Positions 7,333 through 17,840 of a DNA stretch of 24,000 nucleotides are shown in pieces. The stretch covers positions 3,286 through 27,285 of the forward strand of contig JAJRTB010000219.1 in the NCBI GenBank assembly GCA_024278495.1. The letters run 5' to 3'. The notes below the pieces were generated by a model. That model had not been told where the DNA came from. It worked only from the letters and a program-made list of their open reading frames with translations, and made no database searches. Position 1 is the stretch's first letter. Every line of letters begins with the position of its first letter. The translations under genes were made by a program, and so were the position numbers. The stretch comes from Deltaproteobacteria bacterium (lineage in GTDB: Bacteria; Desulfobacterota; Desulfobulbia; Desulfobulbales; Desulfobulbaceae).

Positions 7333-9903
7333 ATGAACAGCCGCTGGAAAACTTTTTTTATTTGTACAGTCTCCTGGATTTTGCTTACTCAGGCATCAGG
7401 TGTTGTCGCGGCCGAACCGAAGCTGGTAAAAGATATTAATACGAAACTGCGTGGTGGTAACATTTATGAAGTGACAACAATAGGAACCGTTACCTACTTT
7501 GTCGCTGATGATATCGACCACGGCAGTGAACTCTGGAAGTATGAAGGTGGAACGGCATCTCTGGTAAAGGATATCTTTCCCGGCCCTTCAGGAAGCTCCC
7601 CCTACTCTCTGACCGCGGTAAACGACACGCTCTACTTCCTGGCTGATGACGGGACCAGCGGTTATGAACTCTGGATGAGTGACGGCACGGCGGCAGGAAC
7701 CGCTCTGGTGAAAGACATCTGGCCAGGCAGCACGACCAGCAACCCAGGCAGCCTGACCGCGGTGGGCGCCACGCTCTACTTCACGGCAAATGACGGAACC
7801 AGCGGTTATGAACTCTGGATGAGTGACGGCACGGCGGCAGGAACCGCTCTGGTGAAAAACATTTCGCCCGGCAGCGGCAACAGCGCCCCAAGCTACCTGA
7901 CCGCGGTGGGCGCCACGGTCTACTTCACGGCAAATGACGGGAACAGCGGCACGGAGCTCTGGAAAAGCGACGGCACGGCGGCAGGAACCGTTCTGGTGAA
8001 AGACATCCGGACCGGCAACAGCAGTACCCCACGCTACCTGACCGCGGTGGGCGACACGCTCTACTTCACAGCAAATGACGGGAACAGCGGCATTGAACTC
8101 TGGAAAAGCGACGGCACGGCGGCAGGAACCGTTCTGGTGAAAGACATCCGGACCGGCAGCACCAACACCCGTCCAACCTCACTGACCGCGGTGGGCTCCA
8201 CGCTCTACTTCAGGGCTGATGACGGGAACAGCGGCGCTGAACTCTGGAAGAGTGACGGCACGGCGGCAGGAACCGTTCTGGTGAAAGACATCTGGACCGG
8301 TCCCAGCGGCAGCTCCCCGGCCTCCCTGACCGCGGTGGGCAACACGCTCTACTTCACGGCATATGACGGAACCAGCGGCGTTGAGCTCTGGATGAGTGAC
8401 GGCACTGCGACAGGAACCGTCAGGGTGAAAGACATATGGCCCGGCAACAGCAGCAGCTCACCACGCTACCTGACCGCGGTGGGCAACACGCTCTACTTCA
8501 CGGCTGATGACGGGACCAGCGGCCGTGAACTCTGGATGAGTGACGGCACTGCGGCAGGAACCGTCAGGGTGAAAGACATATGGCCCGGTCTCAGCGGCAG
8601 CTCCCCTAGCTCTCTGGCCGCAGCAGGCGCCACGCTCTACTTCACGGCCTACAACACCACTACCGGCTCTCAACTCTGGAAAAGTGATGGTAGTGTGGAC
8701 ACGGTCAGACTGACAGACATTTATTACGGAACAGCATCAGGCGCCCAGTCTTTAGGCGTAATTATCAACGGTATCGTCTATTTCACGGCTGATGACGGGA
8801 CCAGCGGCCGTGAACTCTGGAAGAGTGACGGCACTGCGGCAGGAACCGTTCTGCTGAAAGACATCCGGCCCGGCAATGACAGCAGCTCCCCATACTCTCT
8901 GACCGCAGTGGGCGACACACTCTACTTCAGGGCCAATGACGGCACCAACGGTTATGAACTCTGGAAGAGTGACGGCACTGCAGCAGGAACCGTTCTGGTG
9001 AAAGATATCCAGCCCGGTCCTGGCGACAGCTCCCCATACTCTCTGACCGCAATAGGCGCCACGCTCTACTTCAGGGCCAATGACGGAACCAGCGGCGCTG
9101 AGCTCTGGATGAGTGACGGCACTGCGGCAGGAACCGTTCTGGTGAAAGACATATGGCCCGGTCCTGGCGGCAGCTCCCCGGGCTACCTGCCCGCAATGGG
9201 GGCCACACTCTACTTCACGGCCAATGACGGAACCAGTGGTACTGAGCTCTGGATGACTGACGGCACTGCGGCAGGAACCGTTCTGGTGAAAGACATATGG
9301 CCAGGTCCTGGCTTCAGCTTCCCACGCTACCTGACCGCAATGGGCGCCACGCTCTACTTCAGAGCCAATGACGGCACCAACGGCGCTGAGCTCTGGATGA
9401 CGGACGGCACTGCGGAAGGAACCGCTCTGGTGAAAGACATCCGGACCGGTCTCAAGGACAGCTCCCCAAGCTACCTGACCGCGGTGGGCGCCACGCTCTA
9501 CTTCACGGCTGATGACGGAACCAGCGGTTATGAACTCTGGAAAAGCGACGGCACTGCGGAAGGAACCGTTCTGGTGAAAGACATCCGGACCGGCAGCGGC
9601 AACAGCTCCCCAGGCAAACTGACCGCGGTGGGCGATACGCTCTACTTCAGGGCCAATGACGGCACCAACGGCACTGAGCTCTGGATGAGCGACGGCACTG
9701 GAGCAGGAACCGCTCTGGTAAAAGACATCTATCCGGGCAATGAAAGCAGTTGGCCCAGTGATCTTGTTTATGATGATGATAATGAAACGCTCTATTTCAC
9801 TGCTGTCGATTCCGTATATGACAGAGAATTGTGGGCCTGCCAGGTTGGCGCTTTTCCCTGGACCATGTTTGTGCCGGCAATAACCGGCATGGGCAGCAGA
9901 TAA
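7333..9903 (+). CDS. Secreted ELWxxDGT-repeat protein (17 tandem ~48-aa repeats, probably beta-propeller-like)
   Basis: An AGGAGG ribosome-binding site lies 5 nt upstream of ATG 7333. The N-terminal signal peptide is MNSRWKTFFICTVSWILLTQASGVVA|AEP. It is followed by 17 copies of the unit ELW(K/M)SDGTAAGTxLVKDIxPGxxxSxPxxLTAVGxTLYFxAxDGxSGx. From memory this matches the ELWxxDGT repeat family. Confidence 0.9.
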   Translation: MNSRWKTFFICTVSWILLTQASGVVAAEPKLVKDINTKLRGGNIYEVTTIGTVTYFVADDIDHGSELWKYEGGTASLVKDIFPGPSGSSPYSLTAVNDTLYFLADDGTSGYELWMSDGTAAGTALVKDIWPGSTTSNPGSLTAVGATLYFTANDGTSGYELWMSDGTAAGTALVKNISPGSGNSAPSYLTAVGATVYFTANDGNSGTELWKSDGTAAGTVLVKDIRTGNSSTPRYLTAVGDTLYFTANDGNSGIELWKSDGTAAGTVLVKDIRTGSTNTRPTSLTAVGSTLYFRADDGNSGAELWKSDGTAAGTVLVKDIWTGPSGSSPASLTAVGNTLYFTAYDGTSGVELWMSDGTATGTVRVKDIWPGNSSSSPRYLTAVGNTLYFTADDGTSGRELWMSDGTAAGTVRVKDIWPGLSGSSPSSLAAAGATLYFTAYNTTTGSQLWKSDGSVDTVRLTDIYYGTASGAQSLGVIINGIVYFTADDGTSGRELWKSDGTAAGTVLLKDIRPGNDSSSPYSLTAVGDTLYFRANDGTNGYELWKSDGTAAGTVLVKDIQPGPGDSSPYSLTAIGATLYFRANDGTSGAELWMSDGTAAGTVLVKDIWPGPGGSSPGYLPAMGATLYFTANDGTSGTELWMTDGTAAGTVLVKDIWPGPGFSFPRYLTAMGATLYFRANDGTNGAELWMTDGTAEGTALVKDIRTGLKDSSPSYLTAVGATLYFTADDGTSGYELWKSDGTAEGTVLVKDIRTGSGNSSPGKLTAVGDTLYFRANDGTNGTELWMSDGTGAGTALVKDIYPGNESSWPSDLVYDDDNETLYFTAVDSVYDRELWACQVGAFPWTMFVPAITGMGSR
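7423..9835 (+). repeat. In-frame tandem DNA repeats, 144-bp period, inside the ELWxxDGT gene
   Basis: The period was read directly. For example, 7654-7713 is identical to 7798-7857 (60 nt, offset 144). Many other units share long identical runs such as GAACTCTGGA(A/T)GAGTGACGGCAC(G/T)GCGGCAGGAACCGTTCTGGTGAAAGACAT. Confidence 0.9.
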
Positions 9904-10175
9904 TCTTTTCCCCGGGCATGGAACGAAAGAGGGGTCAAATCTTTATCCTTGACAGGCGGAATATCTACGGCCGGGAATTTCCAGGGCGAACGGCGTTCGT
10001 CACCACTTTTTTCTGTTTCCCTGCAACCTGGGCCAGATTTCTTCCGTGCCTTGCGGCTGGCCGGATGTTTCAAGGTTCCCGGAGAACGGATGCCGCCGCC
10101 GGTGACACAGTCCGCATTCTTCAACAACCGGGCACCTCGCCATCATTATTCCATTATTGAATTTCATGTGCTACT

Positions 10176-10757
10176 ATGGGAGTCACCTATCATCCCGGAG
10201 AATTCAATTCAATGCCTGGACAAGCAAGCGGTACCGGTCAAGTCCCCCGTGATCTGACCGTTGTTGGTGATTTTGTAAAATACTTTGTCATCCTCTATAT
10301 TCCCTTTGTCATCATTGGGATAATTATAGGTTTGATCTTCAAGTCATTTTTCACAGCCGCTCTTGTCAACCCCATTATTTACGCGGGCGGCATCGCCGTC
10401 ATCATCATTGTCATCAAGCACGACGTCAACGACATCCTCGCTCTTGCAGGCCGGGCAAAGGATCAGCAGCTTGCCCTGCATATCAGATACGGTCAAGCCC
10501 TTCAAAAAACAAGTATCCTGATGGCTGCCGGTAAGTATGACGAGGCCCTGAGGTCCGTCAATGCCGTGTTGAAAAAAGAACCGGAATATGCCAATGCCCT
10601 GAATCTCAAGGGCCAGATCCAGCTGGAAGGCTTCGGCAGGTATGCGGCGGCCCGCTCCTGTTTTGAAAAGGTCATGGATCTGGCCGAACCGGAATCGGAA
10701 GATTACCGGCTGGCCGAATCTCTGGCAATGGCGGCATACAAGGCAGAAGAAAGATGA
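10176..10757 (+). CDS. Small membrane protein with a C-terminal TPR-like domain
   Basis: Two hydrophobic helices are present (FVILYIPFVIIGIIIGLIF and VNPIIYAGGIAVIIIVI). A TPR-like segment follows (AAGKYDEALRSVNAVLKKEPEYANALNLKGQIQLEGFGRYAAARSCFEKVMDL). The start is uncertain: the ORF-track ATG 10176 has no ribosome-binding site, whereas ATG 10212 is preceded by GGAG. Confidence 0.6.
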   Translation: MGVTYHPGEFNSMPGQASGTGQVPRDLTVVGDFVKYFVILYIPFVIIGIIIGLIFKSFFTAALVNPIIYAGGIAVIIIVIKHDVNDILALAGRAKDQQLALHIRYGQALQKTSILMAAGKYDEALRSVNAVLKKEPEYANALNLKGQIQLEGFGRYAAARSCFEKVMDLAEPESEDYRLAESLAMAAYKAEER

Positions 10758-10815
10758 AGTACGGCCGTCGCCGGAAAAAAACACAGCGGTACCAACCACC
10801 AACAAGGTGCGCCCG

Positions 10816-11838
10816 ATGAACAAACAGCCGCAACTCCCGTCCCGGCCGGACCGCCGGCGGTTCCTGCAGATGATCGGCATTGCCGGCGGTGTCGGCGTAC
10901 TCTGGCACCTCGGTCTCGGGTCGGCCGACCCGAGAATACACACCGTCCGCCAAAGCAGGGTCCTGATGGGTACCCAGATCAACCTGATCGTCTTTGGGCC
11001 GGATCCGGTGGAATGCGATCAAGCCGTGCAGGCCACCTTTGCCCGGATGGATGAGCTGACGACCAGGCTGAGCAGACACAACCAGACAAGCGAGCTGGCC
11101 AGGCTCAACACCCGGGGCAGGCTTGTCAGGCCGGGCCGGGATCTCTGCCGGGTACTGGAGCTGGCCGAGCGGATCAGCCGTCTCTCGGAAGGCGCCTTTG
11201 ACGTCACCATCCTGCCCCTGCAGGAACTCTATGCCCGGGCCGCGGCCCGGAACACCCTGCCGGACAGGGACCGGATCGCCGCAACTCTGCGCCTGGTTGA
11301 TCATACCATGATCCACTTCGACGAGACCGCTGTAACGCTGGCGAAAAAGGGCATGGCCATCACCCTGGACGGCATTGCCAAGGGATATATTGTTGACCAG
11401 GGGATCGCCGCTCTGCGTCAACGAAACTTTCCCAATGTCTACGTTGAGGCCGGCGGCGATCTGCGGGTCGCCGGCGTCAAGCCCGGCAACAGGCCGTGGC
11501 GTATAGGCATCCGCAATCCCCGGCCGGACAAAGCCAATGAACTGGTCACGATTGCCATGGCCGACCGGGCCGTGGCCACCTCGGGTGACTACATGCAGCC
11601 CTTCAGCGCTGATCTGCGCAACCACCATATCATCGATCCCCGCACCGGTCATTCACCGCCCGAGCTGGCCAGCGCCACGGTCACGGCACCCACCGTCGCC
11701 CTGGCCGACGGTCTGGCGACCGCTGCCATGGTGCTGGGACCGCGCCGGGCCATTGCCATGCTGGAGGCCCTGCCCGACTGTGAAGGGTTCTTTATCGGCA
11801 AGGACCTGCGCCGCTACCAAACCCGTGGCTTCAGCTGA
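10816..11838 (+). CDS. apbE: FAD:protein FMN transferase (ApbE/Ftp family) with a Tat signal
   Basis: ApbE family motifs are present (AFDVTI, LDGIAKGY, VEAGGDL, ATSGDY, HIIDPRTG, ALADGLATA). I place the start at ATG 10816 (MNKQPQLPSRPDRRRFLQMIG), which gives a twin-arginine signal. The longer ORF-track start at 10642 overlaps the TPR gene in another frame. The gene lies directly upstream of nqrA. Confidence 0.9.
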   Translation: MNKQPQLPSRPDRRRFLQMIGIAGGVGVLWHLGLGSADPRIHTVRQSRVLMGTQINLIVFGPDPVECDQAVQATFARMDELTTRLSRHNQTSELARLNTRGRLVRPGRDLCRVLELAERISRLSEGAFDVTILPLQELYARAAARNTLPDRDRIAATLRLVDHTMIHFDETAVTLAKKGMAITLDGIAKGYIVDQGIAALRQRNFPNVYVEAGGDLRVAGVKPGNRPWRIGIRNPRPDKANELVTIAMADRAVATSGDYMQPFSADLRNHHIIDPRTGHSPPELASATVTAPTVALADGLATAAMVLGPRRAIAMLEALPDCEGFFIGKDLRRYQTRGFS

Positions 11839-11839
11839 T

Positions 11840-13195
11840 ATGCAGTGTCTTCGCCTTTCCAGGGGACTGGATATCCCCCTTGCCGGGGAACCCGACCAGG
11901 TCGTTAAGCCCGGCCCGGCCATCCGGCACGTCGCTCTGATCGGCGACGACTATCCTGGCCTGAAACCCACCCTGCTGGTCCGTGTGGGTGAAACGGTCCG
12001 GCTGGGCCAGCCCCTGTTCACGGACAAAAAGAACCCCACCGTTTTTTTTACGGCCCCGGCCGGCGGCACCGTCAAGGAGATCAACCGGGGCGCGAAAAGG
12101 AAATTTGAATCCCTGGTCATTGCCCTGGAGGAGCATGAACCCGTTACCTTCCCCGTCCCGGCCGACCGGAACGTTGCCGGGCTGCCGCCGGAGGAGATCA
12201 AAAAAAACCTGCAGGAATCGGGCCTCTGGTGCGGATTCCGCACCAGGCCGTTCGGCCGGATCCCGGCGGCGGCCGACCTGCCGGCATCGCTCTTTATCAC
12301 GGCCGTCGACACCCGGCCCCTGGCTGGTGATCCCCAAATCATCCTTGCCCGCCGGCGGGACGATTTCAACCTGGGCCTGCGGGTCCTGCGCCGTTTCCCG
12401 GCCGTTCCGCTCTATTTCTGCACCTCGGACGACTTTGACCCGGAAGGTTTTGAACTCGATGGCGTGCACCACGTCGGTTTCCGCGGCCCGCATCCGGCCG
12501 GACTGCCGTCCACCCACATCCATTTCCTTGACCCGGTCCATGCCGGCAAGCAGGTCTGGCACATCTGCTGCCAGGATGTTATCGGAATCGGCCATCTGTT
12601 CCGGACCGGTCAACTGCCGACCGAAAAAACCATTGCCCTGGCCGGACCGGGCATCAGCAACCCCGCCCTGGTCCGGACCCGGATCGGCGCCGACCTGACC
12701 GAACTCTGCGCTGAACGGCTGACCGGGGCCCCTTCCCGGCGAATCCTGTCCGGCTCCGTGCTGGACGGGCGACGGGCCGCCGGACCGCTCGCCTACCTGG
12801 GCCGCTATCACAACCAGGTCAGCGTGATCCCGGAAGGCACCAGCCGTGGTTTCCTGAACTGGCTGCGGCCCGGCCGGGACCGCTTTTCCGTCACCGGTCT
12901 TTTCCTCTCCTCCCTGCTGCCGCAAACCGGGAAATTCGTTATGTCCAGCGCAACCTGGGGCGGGCAGCGGGCAATTTTCCCGCTCGGCACCTATGAGAAG
13001 GTGATGCCCCTTGATATCATTGCCACCCCCCTGCTGAAAAGCCTGGCGGTACAGGACATTGAAAAGGCGGAACTGCTGGGCTGCCTGGAGCTGATAGAAG
13101 AAGATCTTGCTCTGTGCTCCTTTGTCTGCCCCGGCAAAAACAACTACGGCCCCATGCTGCGCGAGATCCTGACAACGATTGAACGAGAAGGCTGA
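11840..13195 (+). CDS. nqrA: Na+-translocating NADH:quinone oxidoreductase subunit A
   Basis: The start [18 protein letters not shown] is the NqrA-type N-terminus (xxKxGLDxPxxG). ATG 11840 lies 1 nt after the apbE stop. At 452 aa the length fits NqrA. The ORF-track extension back to 11537 overlaps apbE. Confidence 0.9.
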   Translation: MQCLRLSRGLDIPLAGEPDQVVKPGPAIRHVALIGDDYPGLKPTLLVRVGETVRLGQPLFTDKKNPTVFFTAPAGGTVKEINRGAKRKFESLVIALEEHEPVTFPVPADRNVAGLPPEEIKKNLQESGLWCGFRTRPFGRIPAAADLPASLFITAVDTRPLAGDPQIILARRRDDFNLGLRVLRRFPAVPLYFCTSDDFDPEGFELDGVHHVGFRGPHPAGLPSTHIHFLDPVHAGKQVWHICCQDVIGIGHLFRTGQLPTEKTIALAGPGISNPALVRTRIGADLTELCAERLTGAPSRRILSGSVLDGRRAAGPLAYLGRYHNQVSVIPEGTSRGFLNWLRPGRDRFSVTGLFLSSLLPQTGKFVMSSATWGGQRAIFPLGTYEKVMPLDIIATPLLKSLAVQDIEKAELLGCLELIEEDLALCSFVCPGKNNYGPMLREILTTIEREG

Positions 13196-13209
13196 AGCCG
13201 ACGGACCCC

Positions 13210-14418
13210 ATGCGATTTCTCCACGGATTGTTCAAGAAAACAGAACCTCTCTTCACCGGAGACGGCCTGCTGGCCCGCTGGTACCCCCTGTTCGAGGCAG
13301 CGGATTCTTTTCTCTTTGACAGCGGCCGGACAACCGGGACGGCCCCGCATGTCCGCGACGCGGTCAACATGAAGCGCATCATGATCACGGTGGTCATTGC
13401 CCTGCTCCCCTGCATTGGCATGGCTGTCTGGAATACCGGCTACCAGGCCAACCTGGCCCTCCGGGCCCTGGGCGCCTCAGTGCCGGCCGGCTGGCGGGGC
13501 GCAATCATGGCGCCCATAGGCTGCGATCCGGCCAGCCTGTGGGCCAACCTGGTCCACGGCAGTCTCTATTTTCTGCCCATTTACCTGGTGACCATGCTGG
13601 TCGGAGGATTCTGGGAATGTCTGTTCAGCATTGGGCGCCGGCATGAAATTTCTGAAGCATTTCTGGTGACCGGCCTCCTCTTTCCCCTCACCCTGCCGCC
13701 CGGCGTGCCGCTCTGGCAGGTCGCGGTGGGCATCAGTTTCGGAGTCGTCTTTGCCAAGGAGGTGTTCGGCGGAGTCGGCCGCAACTTCATGAATCCGGCC
13801 CTGGTCGCCCGGGCCTTTCTCTACTTTGCCTACCCGGCCCGGATGAGCGGCGACCTGGTGTGGACGGCCGTGGACGGTTTTACCCGGGCCACGCCCCTGG
13901 CCGTCATATCCGCCGCCCGACCGGACAAAGTCATGGACGCGCTTTCCATCACCTGGAGCCAGGCCTTTCTGGGTACCATTCCCGGTTCCATGGGCGAGAC
14001 CTCTGCCCTGGCCTGCCTCCTGGGCGCGGCGATTCTGCTCGGTACCAGCATTGCTTCCTGGCGGATCATGGCCTCCATGCTGTTTGGCGGTTTTGGCGCC
14101 GCCCTGCTCTTTTTCCTGAGCACCAGTCCCACCAACCCCATGTTCGCCGTGCCGCCGCACTGGCACCTGGTCCTCGGCGGTTTTGCCTTCGGCCTGGTCT
14201 TCATGGCAACCGATCCGGTCACGGCGGCCGCCACCCGGGTCGGCCAGTGGCTGTACGGCCTGTTCATCGGCGCCCTGGCCATCATCATCAGGGTGCTCAA
14301 CCCCGCCTTCCCCGAGGGGGTGATGCTGGCGATCCTGCTGGGCAACGTGGTGGCGCCGTTTATCGACTACTTTGTCATCCAGGCAAACATCAAACGAAGG
14401 ATGGTGCGTCATGGCTGA
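13210..14418 (+). CDS. nqrB: Na+-NQR subunit B
   Basis: A polytopic membrane protein, collinear from memory with Vibrio NqrB ([43 protein letters not shown]). The FMN-attachment motif reads DGFTRAT rather than DGxSGAT. Confidence 0.9.
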   Translation: MRFLHGLFKKTEPLFTGDGLLARWYPLFEAADSFLFDSGRTTGTAPHVRDAVNMKRIMITVVIALLPCIGMAVWNTGYQANLALRALGASVPAGWRGAIMAPIGCDPASLWANLVHGSLYFLPIYLVTMLVGGFWECLFSIGRRHEISEAFLVTGLLFPLTLPPGVPLWQVAVGISFGVVFAKEVFGGVGRNFMNPALVARAFLYFAYPARMSGDLVWTAVDGFTRATPLAVISAARPDKVMDALSITWSQAFLGTIPGSMGETSALACLLGAAILLGTSIASWRIMASMLFGGFGAALLFFLSTSPTNPMFAVPPHWHLVLGGFAFGLVFMATDPVTAAATRVGQWLYGLFIGALAIIIRVLNPAFPEGVMLAILLGNVVAPFIDYFVIQANIKRRMVRHG

Positions 14419-15193
14419 ACATTCCGCCGCCAAACCGTTTTATTCCGTCCTGGTGCTGGCCTTTGTCTGTTCGGCCCTGGTCTCCGGCGCGGCAGTGGGA
14501 CTGCGCCCCTATCAGGAGGCCAACCGCCGGGCCGACCAGAAGAAAAACATCCTGCGGGCCGCGGGACTCTATCGGCCCGACACACCGGTCGAAGCTCTTT
14601 TCGCCGATATCGAGACCAGAATTATCGACCTGCAAACCGGCGCCTGGCTGACCCGGGGACCTGACCCGGAGACCTATGATCAGCTCCAGGCCGCCCTCAG
14701 CAACGACCAGGGCCGTCCGCTTGCCAAACAAGACGATATTGCCGGTCTGCGACGCCTGGAAAAATACGCCCTGGTCTACCTGGTGCGCCGGGGCAACAAA
14801 ACCGGGCAGATCATCCTGCCGGTCCGGGGCAAGGGCTTATGGTCAACCATGTACGGCTACGTTGCCCTTGACGCCGACCTGCGGACAATCCGTGGCATCA
14901 GCTTTTACGAACACGGGGAAACGCCGGGCCTGGGCGGCGAAATAGAGAACCCCAGGTGGCAGGCCGCCTGGCAGGGCAAAAAGATGTACTCGCCGACCGG
15001 CACTGTTTCGCTCCGGATCGTCAAAGGCAAGGCTGCCGCAACCGGGGATGCGGCCATGTACCAGGTGGACGGTCTGTCCGGGGCCACAATGACGGCCCGG
15101 GGCGTTGAAAACCTCATGCGTTTCTGGTTCGGCGAGCACGGCTTCAAGCCCTTCTTTGACCGTCGGCGCCAACAGGGAGGAATCGATGGCTGA
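14411..15193 (+). CDS. nqrC: Na+-NQR subunit C
   Basis: The start is at ATG 14411 in the overlap ATGGCTGA with the nqrB stop. There is an N-terminal membrane anchor. The covalent-FMN motif [14 protein letters not shown] is present, along with ETPGLG. Confidence 0.9.
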   Translation: MAEHSAAKPFYSVLVLAFVCSALVSGAAVGLRPYQEANRRADQKKNILRAAGLYRPDTPVEALFADIETRIIDLQTGAWLTRGPDPETYDQLQAALSNDQGRPLAKQDDIAGLRRLEKYALVYLVRRGNKTGQIILPVRGKGLWSTMYGYVALDADLRTIRGISFYEHGETPGLGGEIENPRWQAAWQGKKMYSPTGTVSLRIVKGKAAATGDAAMYQVDGLSGATMTARGVENLMRFWFGEHGFKPFFDRRRQQGGIDG

Positions 15194-15809
15194 ATCCAAC
15201 CGCGACCTGCTGACCCGCTCCATTCTTCAGCGCAATCCCATCGCCCTGCTGGTGCTGGGCATCTGCTCGGCCCTGGCCGTCACCTCGCAGATGACCACCG
15301 CCCTGGTGATGGCGATCTGCGTTACCCTGGTAACGGCCCTGTCCGGCTTTACCATCAGCGTGGTCCGTTTTCAGATTCCCAACAGCGTCCGGGTCGGCAT
15401 CCAGATAACGGTCATCGCCACCCTGGTCATTCTGATCGACCAGTTCCTGCGCGCCTTCTATTTTGACCTGTCCAGGCAACTCTCCATCTATGTCGGCCTG
15501 ATCATAACCAACTGCATCATCATGGGACGGGCCGAAGGGTTTGCCATGAGCAACCCGCCCATCCCCAGTTTCATCGACGGTATAGGCAACGGTCTCGGAT
15601 ACGGCCTGGTGCTGCTGTTTGTCGCCTTTTTTCGTGAGCTGCTGGGATCCGGCACCCTGTTCGGCGTCGAGATCCTGCCGCTTGCCACCGAGGGCGGCTG
15701 GTACCCGCGCAACGGCATCTTTATCCTTCCGGTCAGCGCCTTTTTCCTGATTGCCCTGCTTATCTGGCTGCTGCGCACGCTGGATCCGGCCCAACAGGAG
15801 AAAGAATGA
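15186..15809 (+). CDS. nqrD: Na+-NQR subunit D
   Basis: The start is at ATG 15186, again in an ATGGCTGA overlap with the nqrC stop. It is collinear with NqrD/RnfE ([28 protein letters not shown]), including the two conserved Cys. Confidence 0.9.
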   Translation: MAESNRDLLTRSILQRNPIALLVLGICSALAVTSQMTTALVMAICVTLVTALSGFTISVVRFQIPNSVRVGIQITVIATLVILIDQFLRAFYFDLSRQLSIYVGLIITNCIIMGRAEGFAMSNPPIPSFIDGIGNGLGYGLVLLFVAFFRELLGSGTLFGVEILPLATEGGWYPRNGIFILPVSAFFLIALLIWLLRTLDPAQQEKE

Positions 15810-15861
15810 TGAACGCCCCACCCCTGACCGCAGCCCGGCAACGCAACGAACGGTGATACCT

Positions 15862-16464
15862 ATGGGTCATTATCTGGATATTATCTACCGGTCGATTTTC
15901 CTTGAAAACCTGCCCCTGAGCTTCTTTCTGGGCATGTGTACCTTCCTGGCCATTTCCAGAAAGGTCAAAACCGCCATCGGTCTCGGCCTGGCCGTTCTTG
16001 TCCTCATGATCATTACCGTGCCCATCAACAACCTGATCCTCAACATCCTGCTCAAGCCCGGAGCCCTGGCCTGGGCCGGTCAACACGAGCTGGACCTGAC
16101 CTTTCTCGGCCTGCTGACCTATATCGGCGTCATTGCCGCCGTGGTGCAGGTCCTGGAGATGTTCCTGGACCGGTTTTCGCCTGCCCTGTACAATACCCTG
16201 GGCATCTTTCTGCCCCTGCTCACGGTGAACTGCGCCATTTTTGGCGCCACCCTGTTCATGGTGGAGCGCGATTATACCTTTGCGGAAAGCGTCGCCTACG
16301 GTTTCGGAGCCGGAGCCGGTTTTTTCCTGGCCGTTGTTCTGCTGGCCGGAATCCGTGAGAAACTTGAATACGCCGATCCCCCCGCGGGCCTGCGGGGCCT
16401 GGGCTTGACGTTTATAAGCGCCGGTCTGATAGCCCTGGCCTTCATGGGGCTGGCCGGGCTGTAA
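15862..16464 (+). CDS. nqrE: Na+-NQR subunit E
   Basis: The start is at ATG 15862 ([32 protein letters not shown]). It is collinear with NqrE/RnfA, including the conserved Cys in GMCTF and VNCAIFG. Length is 200 aa. Confidence 0.9.
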   Translation: MGHYLDIIYRSIFLENLPLSFFLGMCTFLAISRKVKTAIGLGLAVLVLMIITVPINNLILNILLKPGALAWAGQHELDLTFLGLLTYIGVIAAVVQVLEMFLDRFSPALYNTLGIFLPLLTVNCAIFGATLFMVERDYTFAESVAYGFGAGAGFFLAVVLLAGIREKLEYADPPAGLRGLGLTFISAGLIALAFMGLAGL

Positions 16465-16539
16465 CCGTCGGGAACAGACGGACTGCCGCGCACCGAAAAC
16501 AGAATGATGACCACCGGTCCGGACACTCGATAAACAGAT

Positions 16540-17763
16540 ATGAATGAAATCATTTTCGGCATTCTCTGCTATCTCATCCTCCAGCTGATCCTGGTCAGCC
16601 TGATCGTGCTGGCCCGGAAATCCCTGGTGCCCGGCGGTAGCATCTCCATCCTCATCAACGGGGACAGGGAACTGACCGTCTCACCCGGCGGCAAACTGCT
16701 CACCTCCCTGGCTGAACAGGAAATCTACCTCTCCTCGGCCTGCGGCGGCGGGGGCACCTGCGGCCAATGCAGGGTCGTGGTTGAGGAAGGCGGCGGAGCC
16801 ATCCTGCCCACCGAACGATCGCTGATCAATATCTTTGAGGCCCGGGCCGGGGTACGGTTGGCCTGCCAGGTCCCGGTCAGGCACGACCTCAAAATCCGGA
16901 TCCCGCCGGAGATGCTCGAAACCCGGAAATGGCAATGCCGGGTCCGCTCCAACAACAACGTGGCCACCTTTATCAAGGAACTCGTGCTGGAACTGCCGCC
17001 CGGCGAAGAGCTCAATTTCAGGCCGGGCGGATTTATCCAGATCGAGGTGCCGCCCCACGCGCTTTCCTACGCCAGTTTTGATATAGATGAGCGGTTCCTG
17101 GCCGACTGGAAAAAATTCAAGATGTTCCAGTACACATCCCACGTCCACACCCCAGTTACCAGGGCCTACTCCATGGCCAACTACCCGGGCGAGAAGGGCA
17201 TCATCAAGCTCAACGTCAGGATTGCCAGTCCGCCGCCCCGGGGACCGGCAGGCATTCCGCCCGGCAAGGTCTCTTCCTACATCTTCAATCTCAAGCCTGG
17301 CGACACAGTGACCATTTCCGGACCGTTTGGTGATTTTTTCATCGAAGACAGCAATTCGGAAATGCTCTACATCGGCGGCGGAGCCGGCATGGCGCCCCTG
17401 CGCAGTCACATCTTCGAGCTCTTCAAGGGCCGCAGGACAAAACGAAAGGTATCCTTCTGGTACGGCGCCCGCAGCCTCCGGGAAATTTTTTACGCCGGGG
17501 AGTTTGAGGAACTGGCCCGGAACCATGAAAATTTTTCATTTCATGTTGCCCTGTCCGAACCCCAACCCGAGGACGACTGGCAGGGACTGACCGGCTTCAT
17601 CCACCAGGTTCTCTTTGACAACTATCTGCGGGATCATCCGGCTCCGGAAGACATCAACTACTACATGTGCGGTCCGCCCATGATGACCAGGGCGGTGCTG
17701 GACATGCTTGATACCCTCGGGGTAGAGCCTGAAAACATCCACTTTGACGATTTCGGCGGCTGA
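16540..17763 (+). CDS. nqrF: Na+-NQR subunit F (2Fe-2S ferredoxin plus FAD/NADH domain)
   Basis: It has an N-terminal TM helix, the 2Fe-2S motif [15 protein letters not shown]...ACQ, the FAD motif RAYSMANYP, the NAD-binding motif GGGAGMAP, and the C-terminus YMCGPPMM...FDDFGG. From memory it is near full-length collinear with Vibrio NqrF. Confidence 0.95.
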   Translation: MNEIIFGILCYLILQLILVSLIVLARKSLVPGGSISILINGDRELTVSPGGKLLTSLAEQEIYLSSACGGGGTCGQCRVVVEEGGGAILPTERSLINIFEARAGVRLACQVPVRHDLKIRIPPEMLETRKWQCRVRSNNNVATFIKELVLELPPGEELNFRPGGFIQIEVPPHALSYASFDIDERFLADWKKFKMFQYTSHVHTPVTRAYSMANYPGEKGIIKLNVRIASPPPRGPAGIPPGKVSSYIFNLKPGDTVTISGPFGDFFIEDSNSEMLYIGGGAGMAPLRSHIFELFKGRRTKRKVSFWYGARSLREIFYAGEFEELARNHENFSFHVALSEPQPEDDWQGLTGFIHQVLFDNYLRDHPAPEDINYYMCGPPMMTRAVLDMLDTLGVEPENIHFDDFGG

Positions 17764-17767
17764 CGCC

Positions 17768-17797
17768 CTGTTCCGGGGAATCCCTGCGCCGGAACAG
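17768..17797 (+). other. Perfect 9-bp stem hairpin between nqrF and the NqrM-like ORF (no U-tract)
   Basis: CTGTTCCGG (17768-17776) is the exact reverse complement of CCGGAACAG (17789-17797), with a 12-nt loop. The following sequence is GC-rich, so this is not a classical intrinsic terminator. Confidence 0.6.
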
Positions 17798-17840
17798 ATC
17801 CGCCCGCGTCCACAGGTCCCACCCAGACCCAGGAGACAAA

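Noticed and set aside
7423-9835. A highly regular repeat array that could superficially suggest CRISPR or a satellite.
   Set aside because: The period is 144 bp, a multiple of 3. The repeats are contiguous without spacers, lie in one long ORF, and translate to a coherent 48-aa protein repeat.
9840-9903. The C-terminal tail of the repeat protein (FPWTMFVPAITGMGSR) as an LPXTG or PEP-CTERM-type sorting signal.
   Set aside because: PAITG has an extra residue relative to LPXTG. No hydrophobic helix plus basic tail follows, and there is no PEP motif.
9986-10012. Hairpin GCGAAC-ggc-GTTCGT followed by CACCAC and TTTTTT, as a possible terminator of the ELW repeat gene.
   Set aside because: The stem is only 6 bp (one G-U) with a 3-nt loop, and a 6-nt gap precedes the T-run. 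That is too weak to call, though it may still contribute to termination.
10672-11652. Long antisense ORFs opposite real genes. Examples: 10672..11652 (326 aa, opposite apbE), 13477..14433 (opposite nqrB), 18844..19860 (opposite hgcA), 11831..12925 (opposite nqrA), 77..745 (opposite mfd).
   Set aside because: Their translations are Arg/Gly/Pro-rich, low-complexity and motif-free. The opposite strand carries strongly recognisable genes. This is the usual open-frame artefact of GC-rich DNA.
11537-11839. N-terminal extension of the nqrA ORF (ORF-track start at 11537).
   Set aside because: The extension overlaps the 3' third of apbE in another frame and is Pro/Trp/Arg-rich. The NqrA-type N-terminus begins at ATG 11840, right after the apbE stop.
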